Part shown: in pieces, positions 48,039 through 57,193 of the stretch
How the letters are laid out: every line of letters begins with the position of its first letter
Numbering within the stretch: the first letter of the stretch is position 1
From: Planctomycetota bacterium
GTDB taxonomy: Bacteria > Planctomycetota > UBA8108 > UBA1146 > JAJFFE01
NCBI GenBank assembly: GCA_046154185.1
Contig: JBJXGE010000003.1
Coordinates: 21,144 to 85,143, forward strand
DNA: 64,000 nucleotides
Reading direction: 5' to 3'
Made by a program: the position numbers and the translations under genes
The notes under the pieces: model-generated
What the model was told of the DNA's origin: nothing
The model's database searches: none
Seen by the model: the letters and a program-made list of their open reading frames with translations, nothing else

Positions 48039-48320
48039 ATGTCAAAACCCGTAAGCTCCGAGCCGTTCCATGCCTTGGCCGCTTCGTTAAAGGAAAGCGG
48101 CTTTACCACTCACAGTGGTCGCCTGGAGACGATTCTCAATGGTACATGGACCACCTCATCAGAACTCATTGGTGAGCTTGGGCAGGCAGTGGTCGCCGTT
48201 CGCAAAGAGTGCAAGGCGCTCGACCCCGCTCAAAGGGCCCTGCTCAAGGACTGTCTGCGACAGGTCCGCAATGTGTGGCCTGGCTTTGGCCTATTCAGCT
48301 GGTTCCCTTTTCGCAGGTAA
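48039..48320 (+). CDS. Small hypothetical protein (93 aa) in the lower-GC islet
   Basis: ORF only. No SD. No recognised family. Confidence 0.3.
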   Translation: MSKPVSSEPFHALAASLKESGFTTHSGRLETILNGTWTTSSELIGELGQAVVAVRKECKALDPAQRALLKDCLRQVRNVWPGFGLFSWFPFRR

Positions 48321-48514
48321 TTCTTGAATGGTCGTGGTGGTAGATCAGCGCCTGCGCTTGCGTCCAACCGGCCGCAATCGAGACACGAGGATAGGCGAAA
48401 GAAGCTGGCTGAATTGAAAGTGAAACCGTTGAGAACGATGGCTCCCACAATCGCGTCGAGCGCAATGCGCGCGAAGAACGCATCGGCTCGCGCTCGGCTC
48501 GGCGCCTCGCTCCG

Positions 48515-49195
48515 CTAATCGATAGTCACCAGCGCATCCACGAGTTCGTTGGCATCGCTCCGCTCGCGCGGCATGACGAGCGCCAGTTGCTCACCGGCCG
48601 TCTCGATCGTGGCGCACAACGCTTCGGTGGGAGAGAGAGTCGCCAGCGACGTCGTCAGCTGCGTGCAGAGCGACTGTATTGCGTCTTCACCGAAATTCTT
48701 TACCACGGTTTGATCGCCGAGTACGGTAGCGACTCGCTCGAAGAGCGACACGTAGATGAGGAGCCCGCTCGCGCCGGCCGTGTGGTGCACACGTTTGTCA
48801 AAAAACACCGACCGGGCGCGAACGGCAACCTCATCGTGAAGCTGTGCGCGCGGCGTGCACAGTCGGCGCAGGGCCGGAATGCGGCCTGCGATCAGCGACC
48901 CGAGCACAAAACCGCCGATCACGGCGCCGATCATTGCCACGAGCTGCAAGCTCGCCGAGCTCTCGCTCCAACTGTCGCGGTCCGGCGCGCCCGGCGTGGG
49001 AAAGCCGAACCAGACGCCAGCCAAACACAACAGTCCTAGCCACAGACCGAAGATATCCTCGGCACGGTCGTATCGACCCGAGTCCGTGGCTACGACAGCC
49101 AAGATTTCAGCACTCGTCTTCGACTCGGCGGAGACAATCGCCCGATTTATTCGCGCGCGGTCTTCCGCTGTGAACATTTCGCTCGCTCGGCGCAT
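48515..49195 (-). CDS. TPM domain-containing protein (second gene of a TPM pair)
   Basis: MRRASEMFTAEDRARINRAIVSAESKTSAEILAVVATDSG... followed by TM segments. GAGGG SD. 12-nt gap after the upstream TPM gene. Confidence 0.65.
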   Translation of the reverse strand: MRRASEMFTAEDRARINRAIVSAESKTSAEILAVVATDSGRYDRAEDIFGLWLGLLCLAGVWFGFPTPGAPDRDSWSESSASLQLVAMIGAVIGGFVLGSLIAGRIPALRRLCTPRAQLHDEVAVRARSVFFDKRVHHTAGASGLLIYVSLFERVATVLGDQTVVKNFGEDAIQSLCTQLTTSLATLSPTEALCATIETAGEQLALVMPRERSDANELVDALVTID

Positions 49196-49207
49196 CGATT
49201 CGCCCTC

Positions 49208-50020
49208 TCACCAAGAGCCGGTGGCGCCGCCGCCGCCGGAAAATCCGCCGCCAAAACTGCCGCCGGAAAACGAACCTCTGCCGCGACGCGACTGGCTGAG
49301 CACTTGATAGAGAATCACGCCGAGAGCGGAAAACACCACGCCCCAAAAGACCCACGCCCAGCCGCGGCCACCACGACGCACAAGCGACACGATCGTAAAA
49401 ACCCCCATCGCGACCGCTCCAGCGATGAGCAGATAGTGCCAAGCTGGACGCGGCGGAACAACCGGCCCGGGAAGCGGCTTGCCCCGCGCCATCTGCGCTA
49501 GCGCCTCAACTCCCGCCACGATGCCCCGCGAAAACTCGTGTTGTTTGAATCGAGCAACAATCTGCTCATCCATGATGCGCTGCGCGAGATGATCTTGGTC
49601 GCGGCGCCAACCCGCACCGAGTTCGATGCGCGCCTTGCGGTCGCCGTCAGAGACCAGTAGCAGAATACCGGTGTTCCACAACTGCTGGTTGATCTTCTCA
49701 TGACCGATCTCCCACTCGTCGAATAGCAGCCGCGCAAACGTCTCGATGCGCAGGTCCGCGCCGCCGTGCCGAGACATGGACTCGATCGTAACGACGATAA
49801 TAGGCGTGCCAGTTTCGGTGAGCAGCTTGCCGCACAGCTCTCGAATCACCGATTCATCCGCGTCGCTGACCATCTCCGCGAGGTCACGCACGAACTCGCG
49901 ATCGGCAGGCCGCGCTAAATCGATGCGCTGCGCACCCGCCTGCTCGGCCAGCGCGCCACACATGGCCGACACCACCGCAACCAGAATTACTGGGCGCGAA
50001 ACTACTCGCTCGAAGATCAT
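49208..50020 (-). CDS. TPM domain-containing protein, YgcG-like, with C-terminal TM helix and Gly-rich tail
   Basis: Signal peptide. TPM core (IIVVTIESMSRHGGADLRIETFARLLFDEWEIGHEKINQQLWNTGILLLVSDGDRKARIELGAGW). C-terminal TM plus GSFSGGSFGGGFSGGGGATGSW. Confidence 0.75.
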   Translation of the reverse strand: MIFERVVSRPVILVAVVSAMCGALAEQAGAQRIDLARPADREFVRDLAEMVSDADESVIRELCGKLLTETGTPIIVVTIESMSRHGGADLRIETFARLLFDEWEIGHEKINQQLWNTGILLLVSDGDRKARIELGAGWRRDQDHLAQRIMDEQIVARFKQHEFSRGIVAGVEALAQMARGKPLPGPVVPPRPAWHYLLIAGAVAMGVFTIVSLVRRGGRGWAWVFWGVVFSALGVILYQVLSQSRRGRGSFSGGSFGGGFSGGGGATGSW

Positions 50021-50413
50021 GCGCTGAAGATAGCCGCGCGCAGAGGTAGTAGCAATTATGGACCGCGGTACATGCCAAACTGATGCGGGGCCGGAGCTGC
50101 CATGGTGCGAAGCTCAGACTCGCTTCTGACCAAGAAAAATAGCTGGCGAGAATCTGCGAAATGCCGAGCGCGATATGGCGCATGCACGTTCGGTCCGGTG
50201 ACTCGCGCGCGCAAATACTTCCCGCGCGCGTGAGCGATGTCTTCGCTCATGCCTCTGCATTGCTTTCCGCCGCTCGCGACACGGTGTCGCTGGTTCTGAC
50301 GTCTGATCGACGCCGCTGCCGTGCGCCGACCGGCGCGCCCACGGCCGCGGAGTCTCGATCAAAAATGTAACGACGTCGATGGTCTGCAGCTGCCCCGCGT
50401 CAGCCGGTGCGTC

Positions 50414-52033
50414 TCACGATCCCGAGTGCGTGGTGGCGCTGCGACCTCCATCCTGCACAGCACTCTCGGCAGCAGCCGGCTGCATCGAGGTCGAAGGATC
50501 CGGAACCGAGAGTTCGAGCCAACGGCTACCGTCGAAACACTCGATCGTGTGCCGCCCGTCGGCGCCGCGCGCGACGCGCTCCGGGATGGCGAGCGACTTC
50601 AGCAGCAGCCGAACGACCTGGCGCAGCGATTCGCGTGGCGGAAGCTGCAGGCGTGGTAGTGAAGAATCCGGCTCGAACTCTTCTACACGCGCGAGCACAG
50701 TCATGCCGCCGTCCGCGACCCCATCGCGCGGCCACGGGACGCGTTCCGCTTTGCCGGCGAACGCGTGGGTGTGCAGTCGTTCCGCGACCGCGACCTCGAC
50801 GAGTCGCTCGAGAGATGGCCGGCCATCCCGGGGATCGCGCGCGGCGTCGGCGAAGACGCGTAGGCGCTCGATTTCGCACGGTTCCAGCGGGCCGCAGGGA
50901 TCGGCGAAATCGACGAGAGCGCGAAGCGATTCGAAAGAGAGTTCCGCCAAGCGAAGCGACGAGAGCGATTGCAGCCAATGGATAACGACGCCCCATTGCG
51001 GATCGGGAATGGTGCCGATCTCGAGGGCCAGTGCCGCGGCAAGTCGCGCCGGTTGCGGATTCCAGACACGAACAATTTGCTCGAGCCGCGCGGCCGTCTC
51101 TGATGCGGCGATGCCTGCGTCGGGCGGCGTCGCGTCGATCGCCGCGGCCACACGCGCGGCGGTCATCGGCAATTCTGGAAATTCACGGTGCAAGAGTTCG
51201 CGCTCAAACTTCTGCAATGAGTGGCACGTGAGTCCGATGTCGACATGGCCAAGACCAGGATAAGACGAAAACAGGCCTCCGCTGCGTTCGACGACCGCGC
51301 GCAGTTGCTGCTGCTCAGCCGCAGGAAGAAACGCATCATTCGTCGCCGTGATCGCAAGGACCTGGCAGCGCGCGCGCCCAATCGAATCCAGCAAATCGAT
51401 GTCGGTCGGCCGACGCAGCCACGGCTTGATCAACCAGGGTAGCGGCCAAGAGTAGTGCCCATCGATATAGTGACCGACCGCCGTTTCCGCGCGGACCGGC
51501 GCGAGCAAAAAGATGGCGCGCGGTGCGGCGCCGTCGTCGATCAACGAGGCCGCCGGTAACGCGCCGATGGACAGCGAACGCACCACCACACGCGTCGCAT
51601 CGCCGCCAGCTCGACGCAGCGCCTCCCGCCACATCAACTCGGCATCTTCGCGCAGGTTCACGGGCGATAGAACACCCGTGGAAACACCGTTGCCGCGGTA
51701 GTCGAGCAACAGCGAAGCGAAACCGCACGCGCGCAAGTCGCATAGCACCTGATACGAGGGAAAACCGTGCGTGCCCTTGGCGACCGAGCCGCCCGACTCG
51801 AGAAAGTGCAACACGATCGGCGCGCCTGGATCGCCGGGTACGAACACACCGCGCAATTTGCTTCCATCAGGAACGGGCACTTCGACGGTTTCGGCGCCGT
51901 GCGGGAACTCGCCAAGCCAAATTCGATTCTCGACGGCGCGCCGAAGGAGGGGCGGTGTGATGCATCCCGCATTCGAAAGCAGCAGCGCAAAACCCGCTGC
52001 GACGATGAGCACGCGTGGCGCGGGCTTCCGCAC
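50414..52033 (-). CDS. Alpha/beta hydrolase (S9/peptidase-esterase-like) lipoprotein
   Basis: GTG at 52033 preceded by AGGAG (6-nt spacer). N-terminus VRKPAPRVLIVAAGFALLLSNAGC. Hydrolase core with SxSxG elbow (VVRSLSIGA). Track start 52177. Confidence 0.65.
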   Translation of the reverse strand: MRKPAPRVLIVAAGFALLLSNAGCITPPLLRRAVENRIWLGEFPHGAETVEVPVPDGSKLRGVFVPGDPGAPIVLHFLESGGSVAKGTHGFPSYQVLCDLRACGFASLLLDYRGNGVSTGVLSPVNLREDAELMWREALRRAGGDATRVVVRSLSIGALPAASLIDDGAAPRAIFLLAPVRAETAVGHYIDGHYSWPLPWLIKPWLRRPTDIDLLDSIGRARCQVLAITATNDAFLPAAEQQQLRAVVERSGGLFSSYPGLGHVDIGLTCHSLQKFERELLHREFPELPMTAARVAAAIDATPPDAGIAASETAARLEQIVRVWNPQPARLAAALALEIGTIPDPQWGVVIHWLQSLSSLRLAELSFESLRALVDFADPCGPLEPCEIERLRVFADAARDPRDGRPSLERLVEVAVAERLHTHAFAGKAERVPWPRDGVADGGMTVLARVEEFEPDSSLPRLQLPPRESLRQVVRLLLKSLAIPERVARGADGRHTIECFDGSRWLELSVPDPSTSMQPAAAESAVQDGGRSATTHSGS

Positions 52034-52173
52034 TTGCGACTCCTTGCAACTTACTGCGCGACGGGTACGCATACGAGCGCGATCAACGCGAACGCGGTGC
52101 CGTAGGCGGTGTGGTAATCGTTGAGCGGGTGAGCATCGTGCGAACCTGGGTTTCCAGTAGGCGACCGTCAGCT

Positions 52174-52521
52174 TCATCGGCTGGTCAGGCGACCGCGCGG
52201 GGCCGCCTCCTTCCGAATCACCGCACTCTTCGAGATGGCCCCACGGTCAGCGTCCTCCTGCAACCGGCGAACTTCATCGATAATCCGTATGAAGCGACGG
52301 CCGAAGGGCGTGAGCACGTACTCGACTTCGACGGGCGGCTTGTCGCCGAACACGGTGCGACTCACGATACCGAAGCGAAGCATCTTGCGCAGGCGCTCGT
52401 TCATTACCTTTGCGGACAGACCCTTGTGGGCCCGGAGGATGGCGCTGGGCCGACTACATCCTTCAGCGAGAAGCCGGAGCAGTCCTACGGACCATTTGCA
52501 TCCGATGATGCTCTCGACCAT
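52174..52521 (-). CDS. HxlR family winged-helix transcriptional regulator
   Basis: MVESIIGCKWSVGLLRLLAEGCSRPSAILRAHKGLSAKVMNERLRKMLRFGIVSRTVFGDKPPVEVEYVLTPFGRRF matches the HxlR pattern. Start re-assigned to ATG at 52521. Confidence 0.8.
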   Translation of the reverse strand: MVESIIGCKWSVGLLRLLAEGCSRPSAILRAHKGLSAKVMNERLRKMLRFGIVSRTVFGDKPPVEVEYVLTPFGRRFIRIIDEVRRLQEDADRGAISKSAVIRKEAAPRGRLTSR

Positions 52522-52708
52522 CGAGGCGACGGGAATGGCCTCGGCGTCGGCGCCCGCGATAACTGGATGAGCTGAGGGATCGTCTTGGACCATCGTGTAC
52601 CTACCTTACCAAAAGGTGCGTTCTTGGCTGGACCGCGCGCGCAGCGCATCCTCTCGTGTGGGTGGCGCGAGGCCACCACAAACCGTTCGAAAACAAAGGA
52701 GCAGAATC

Positions 52709-52945
52709 ATGAAGAAGAAGGCCGTCTTCTACCACGCCGGATGCCCCGTTTGCGTCAGCGCCGAACAGTCGGTGCTCGCAGCACTCGACAGGAACCGCTT
52801 CGATGTCGAGGTCGTGCATCTCGGGACGACCAAGAAACGCGTCTCGGAGGCGGAAAAGCTCGGCATCAAGTCCGTTCCCGCACTCGCGCTGGATGGCCAG
52901 GTCTTTCACATCAACTTCGGCGCCAACCTGTCCGCCCTCAAGTGA
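52709..52945 (+). CDS. Glutaredoxin/thioredoxin-like small protein (CPVC active site)
   Basis: AAGGAG SD 8 nt upstream. MKKKAVFYHAGCPVCVSAEQ... 78 aa. Divergent from the HxlR regulator, a common redox-gene arrangement. Confidence 0.7.
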   Translation: MKKKAVFYHAGCPVCVSAEQSVLAALDRNRFDVEVVHLGTTKKRVSEAEKLGIKSVPALALDGQVFHINFGANLSALK

Positions 52946-53365
52946 CCGCTCGGCCTAGCGCATGCTCTTGGAGGGGCGAAGCGGAAGCGCCCCTCCAGGC
53001 GCTTTGAACCCGGAGTCGAATCAAGCTGAGTCATCGGTCACTTCTCGGGTCGCCTAGCGGTTTGCCGTTAAGCTGCGGGCGGCCGTCTGCGGCCGACCGA
53101 CAGCATCAACGGCTTGTTAGCCAGTGCTGCTATTGTTCCAGAGTAATCTCCGATCCGAGAAACTTCGAGAACCCGCGTGCCGCCGTCCTGACGGCCGTGT
53201 CGCGTGACGCCGTAGATGACATCGTCCCGGATTGTGGATACAGCTCACCGAAGCGAGTTAGAAGTTCTGGCAGGCAGTGCGCAATCTGCCCGAGTACCCT
53301 TCGAAGAAAGTCGCCGTCTCCTTCTCGGGCATTCGTTTCGACGACAGACGCGCACGAGTGCGGAA

Positions 53366-53719
53366 TCAAGAGCCTCCCGGAGCTGCCAATGTGCGACCGA
53401 CAAAGACCTCGATTTCCGCAATCTGCTCGCCACGAAAGCGAATGTACTCCGCCATTCTCATCGGAGGCCGCGCCACCCCAGGCGCGGTCTCGTGCTCGTA
53501 TACGACGACGAACTCGGGACCATGCCCGAACACGCGCAGATTCGTTGCCCAGGCTTGGCCGACGGCGGGCAAAATCGCGTCGAGCATGGGGTCACGTTGT
53601 CGATACTCGCCGAAGCTGCTGACGAAGTGAAAGTCGGGAGTAAGCAGCGAACGAAGGCATGCGAGGTCGCGATCTCGGAACGCCCGATAGTAGCTCTGAA
53701 TCGCACCGTGGTAATCCAT
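53366..53719 (-). CDS. SnoaL-like / NTF2-like family protein
   Basis: 117 aa. MDYHGAIQSYYRAFRDRDLACLRSLLTPDFHFVSSFG... typical of ketosteroid-isomerase-like small proteins. Confidence 0.55.
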   Translation of the reverse strand: MDYHGAIQSYYRAFRDRDLACLRSLLTPDFHFVSSFGEYRQRDPMLDAILPAVGQAWATNLRVFGHGPEFVVVYEHETAPGVARPPMRMAEYIRFRGEQIAEIEVFVGRTLAAPGGS

Positions 53720-53893
53720 CTCGAATGCTCCTGTGCGCGGCGTTGTGGATGTGGTCTCAGTCCGGCGCTCTCGGCCGGCGTATCTCTTTAATCAAACTCT
53801 AGGGTGATCTGTGTCGAGCCCTGTATCAAGTCGAGAGGTTTCCGCGACTATTGGCGGTTTTTTGGTAATCACCAAATAGGCCCCGGTCTTTCA

Positions 53894-54793
53894 ATGCCCG
53901 TGTCGAAGTCGACATACTCGGCGTCCCAATCGGCGGTCGAACCGGGATCGATCGAAAACCTCACTATGCGCGCGAGCGAGCTAGCCGGATTCGTTGTCGA
54001 TGCCACGAGCAACGACGGCATCGGCGACGCCGAGATTTTCGCGAGCTGGTCGCCATTTCCGCGCGTGCCGGTGCCCAAGCCGGCAGATGGCGAGCCCACA
54101 GGATACGCACGATCGGCCGGTGACGGCAGTTTCGCACTCGCTCTACCGGATGAAGTCTCGTCGGTGCTGGTTCGCGCGTCTGGATACGTGGCCGCGAGAG
54201 TGCCGCTGCCTCTAGCGCTAGAAGCGGAGCTGCTGGAAATCGAGCTCGAGCCCGAGTCCATAATCCGCGGCCGGGTAGTCGATGCCGCGCACGTGCCGGT
54301 TGCCGGCGCGGCGCTGCGGCTAGTCGCGCGCGACGTCGAGCACGACTCGGCGTTTGCAATTACCTGTTCCACCGCCACAGATGGCAGTTTCGAGCTGCGC
54401 GGCGTCGCACGCGGGCGACACGCGCTTGCGGTCGATCAACGCGATTACGCCGAGCGAGTCGTTGATCTGGAAATCTCTGGCGATCACGACATCGGCGTAG
54501 TCATGCTCGCGCCCGCCATCCTGCTCGTCGGCGAGGTCCGTGCATCGAGCACCAGGACCTCAGGCACAATCACATTGCGCGGCGGCCCACGAGTGCTTCG
54601 AGCATATGTCGACGACAGCGGCCATTTCGAGTTTCCGCGGCTAGGTTTCGGCGACTATGTGCTCGATTACCACCGCGGGCGCTCGCAGGTGCCTATCGAG
54701 CGCAACCTCGTCGTAACCGCCGGCCCGATCCAGAGAATCGAGCTGGCCGTCGATTACCCGGATCTCGGCGTCGAAGTTCGGGTTGTTCGATAG
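53894..54793 (+). CDS. Carboxypeptidase-regulatory-like (CarboxypepD_reg) repeat protein, hypothetical
   Basis: Three repeats of the IRGRVVD..G.PV.GA.L.......T..DGSF.L pattern. No signal peptide recognised. Start uncertain (ATG 53894; track 53804). Confidence 0.5.
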   Translation: MPVSKSTYSASQSAVEPGSIENLTMRASELAGFVVDATSNDGIGDAEIFASWSPFPRVPVPKPADGEPTGYARSAGDGSFALALPDEVSSVLVRASGYVAARVPLPLALEAELLEIELEPESIIRGRVVDAAHVPVAGAALRLVARDVEHDSAFAITCSTATDGSFELRGVARGRHALAVDQRDYAERVVDLEISGDHDIGVVMLAPAILLVGEVRASSTRTSGTITLRGGPRVLRAYVDDSGHFEFPRLGFGDYVLDYHRGRSQVPIERNLVVTAGPIQRIELAVDYPDLGVEVRVVR

Positions 54794-54826
54794 CCGGGTT
54801 GAAGAGCGACGATCGGAGCGTGCGCA

Positions 54827-55320
54827 ATGACAAACTCACCGATCGACAAGGAACCGCCACGAGCCGGTGAGACAGGACCTGATCGTGCGAAGGACCGGGA
54901 GGGCCAGCACGACGAGGTCGATACGACGCGAACTGCGCCCAAACCCTCCGGCCCGCCATTCATGCCCGCCATTCCGACTCAAATCGGTCCGTATCGCATT
55001 CTCGAGAAAATCGGCGAAGGCGGAATGGGAGTCGTCTATTTGGCGGAGGAGCGCGGTGAAATCCGGCGACGCGTTGCCCTGAAGGTCATGCTTCCTGGAA
55101 TGTCGAACCGAAAAGTCATGGCGCGGTTCGCGAGCGAGCGTCAGACGCTCGCCATGATGAGTCATCCCAATGTTGCGAGAGTCTTCAACGCCGGATCGAC
55201 CGATGAAGGCCTTCCCTACTTCGTCATGGAGTATGTGGGTGGGCTCGCGCTCACGGCATATTGCAGCCTGAACCGACTTGACACCCGCGAACGACTCGCG
55301 CTCGTGAGCGATCACGATTC
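54827..55320 (+). pseudogene. 3'-truncated Ser/Thr protein kinase (N-lobe only, about 160 aa)
   Basis: Intact ATG with GGAG SD. Gly-loop and Lys ([20 protein letters not shown]...VALKV), hinge ([12 protein letters not shown]). Homology stops before the catalytic HRDLKPxN loop, exactly at the inverted repeat at 55305. The track ORF reads through into the opposite-strand gene. Confidence 0.7.
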
Positions 55321-55345
55321 TGCATGGCAGAATCGTGATCGCTCA
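55305..55345. terminator. Perfect 19-bp inverted repeat TGAGCGATCACGATTCTGC-atg-GCAGAATCGTGATCGCTCA followed by TTT; bidirectional terminator-like hairpin at the kinase breakpoint
   Basis: Read from the sequence. Lies 5 nt from the stop (55351-55353) of the convergent minus-strand gene. Confidence 0.7.
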
Positions 55346-55350
55346 TTTGG

Positions 55351-56454
55351 TCACGGGCACGGCGGAAAGGCGTCGCAGGTCAGCGCGCCGCTGGTGGGGT
55401 CCGCGCCGCACGCGCTCGGAGGCGGCGGCAGCGGCGCCCCGGCGACGAACAGCGCCGACAGCACCGAGACGGCATCCGCAATGTTGACACTCTCGTCGTC
55501 GTTGGCGTCGGCAGCTTGGGCGCATGGTAGGAATCCCATGCTGAACAGCCCGCTCAAGATGCTGATCGCATCGGCGATGTTGAATGTGCCGTCCGCGTTG
55601 GCGTCCCCGCGGCGGAACTCGTCTTGTACCGGGCCGGCTGTGAATGCGCCGCCCCAGACGAACAGCCCGCAATCGTAGTTGTCATCTGTGCTGTCTGCGA
55701 CTGCAAACTTAAGCGTGTTTGCGCCGGGCACGACTTGAGCCGTTGCGCTGAGATATCCCATGACGCCGAAGTAGTCCGGTGCGAGCGGATAGGCGTCGAG
55801 AACGAAATCCGGCGGCACGAAGGTGAAATCGCTCGACATCGCAATCACCGGGTTGCCATCAATCTTGAAGAGTCGTTGTTCGCCGTTGGCGAACACTGCG
55901 GCCACGTCGGGATAGGGCGACATGCCAAAACCGTACTCCTGGCTGCCATAGGCGGCGAGCAGCGAAATCTCTCCGGCGCTTGCCGAGTTGAACTCGATCA
56001 CCAGGCTCGAGGCATCGCCGGTGCTGGTGCTGAATCCAAACTCGCTGAGTAGCGCATCGAGATCGGCGTCGCCGGGTAGACCGAGCGAGCGGCCTGGAAA
56101 CGGGAAGTAACCGGGGAGCGTCGGCTGGATGTCGACGGCTCCGCCTGAGGTCAGCAACAAACCGGGCGGCTCGCCGGCGAAATATGTATCTCCCGGTGTA
56201 TACACTCCCGCACCGATCAGTGCGCCGGTGTACGTCACCGAAGTAATACTTATTCCGGGCGCGCTCACGAAGGCGAGTGTGAGCGCGAGATCGGTCGGCG
56301 TTGCTGTGGGAAGCGTCGTTACTGAAACGACGGGTTGCGCAGGCGCTGTGGAGACGAGTACGAGTCCCATTGCAAGCGCGAGCCCAAGACTTATAAGCCC
56401 CCGCCAACCGGCTGTGCGGCGTGCGCAGCACTCGAACTTTGTGAAGGCAAACAT
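55351..56454 (-). CDS. Secreted beta-rich protein with C-terminal dockerin-like Cys-tail module
   Basis: Signal peptide [42 protein letters not shown]-terminal [25 protein letters not shown]...[52 protein letters not shown], ending in a stop codon. Confidence 0.75.
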   Translation of the reverse strand: MFAFTKFECCARRTAGWRGLISLGLALAMGLVLVSTAPAQPVVSVTTLPTATPTDLALTLAFVSAPGISITSVTYTGALIGAGVYTPGDTYFAGEPPGLLLTSGGAVDIQPTLPGYFPFPGRSLGLPGDADLDALLSEFGFSTSTGDASSLVIEFNSASAGEISLLAAYGSQEYGFGMSPYPDVAAVFANGEQRLFKIDGNPVIAMSSDFTFVPPDFVLDAYPLAPDYFGVMGYLSATAQVVPGANTLKFAVADSTDDNYDCGLFVWGGAFTAGPVQDEFRRGDANADGTFNIADAISILSGLFSMGFLPCAQAADANDDESVNIADAVSVLSALFVAGAPLPPPPSACGADPTSGALTCDAFPPCP

Positions 56455-57193
56455 GGTTTCACCCCTTTCACGTCACTCCTAGGAATTTAGGCGGCAAGTC
56501 TACACCGAGTCACGCTCGTCGACGCCGGCTAAGTCGCCGCGCCGCCCCAATGGCGCGTCACGGCTCGGCTCGCTGTTCTCCGGTCAACGCCAACCCTCAC
56601 GTTGACTTCGATTTGTGCGTGTCTAGAGAGATTCTCTGTCAGAACGTCGTGCGTCGCTGCCTAGGATTGATCGGGACTCTCGGCGCATCTCGAGAGGGAG
56701 GCGATCATGATTCGACGCCTTCCATGAGTAGGCTCCGCCGCCAAGGCCAACGTGCTGGCCGGCAGAACAACGATGTCGTCACGTTGGTCGACTTGGTTGC
56801 AACGATACGATTCGCTGCTTGAGTTTTTTTGCCGTGAAGCAGGAACTCGCGATACCGTCAACCTGGAAACCGTTGGAGATCGGCGACTTTCTGGAGGCCG
56901 CCTGGAAACGCTTCACTCCGCCAACCGTTCAGGCTCCAGTGCATCCCTTCCTCAATGACAACGACGCTCGCATCTTTTTTTCCTTCGCTGCGGATCTGGA
57001 ACAGCGTTACTGCGTAGAGAAATGGTTGAGCGCCTGACGAAGTGCAGAGCCTTTGATTGTCATCCGGTCGCGTCGGCAACTTTCGCCGCTTTGATGTCAT
57101 TCCCGCGGCGCGATGTATTTATGTTGACTCAGTGCATCGGCACATCGAGACTTCGAATTCTCTGGGCTCGCAATGGGAATCGAGGGGAAATTC

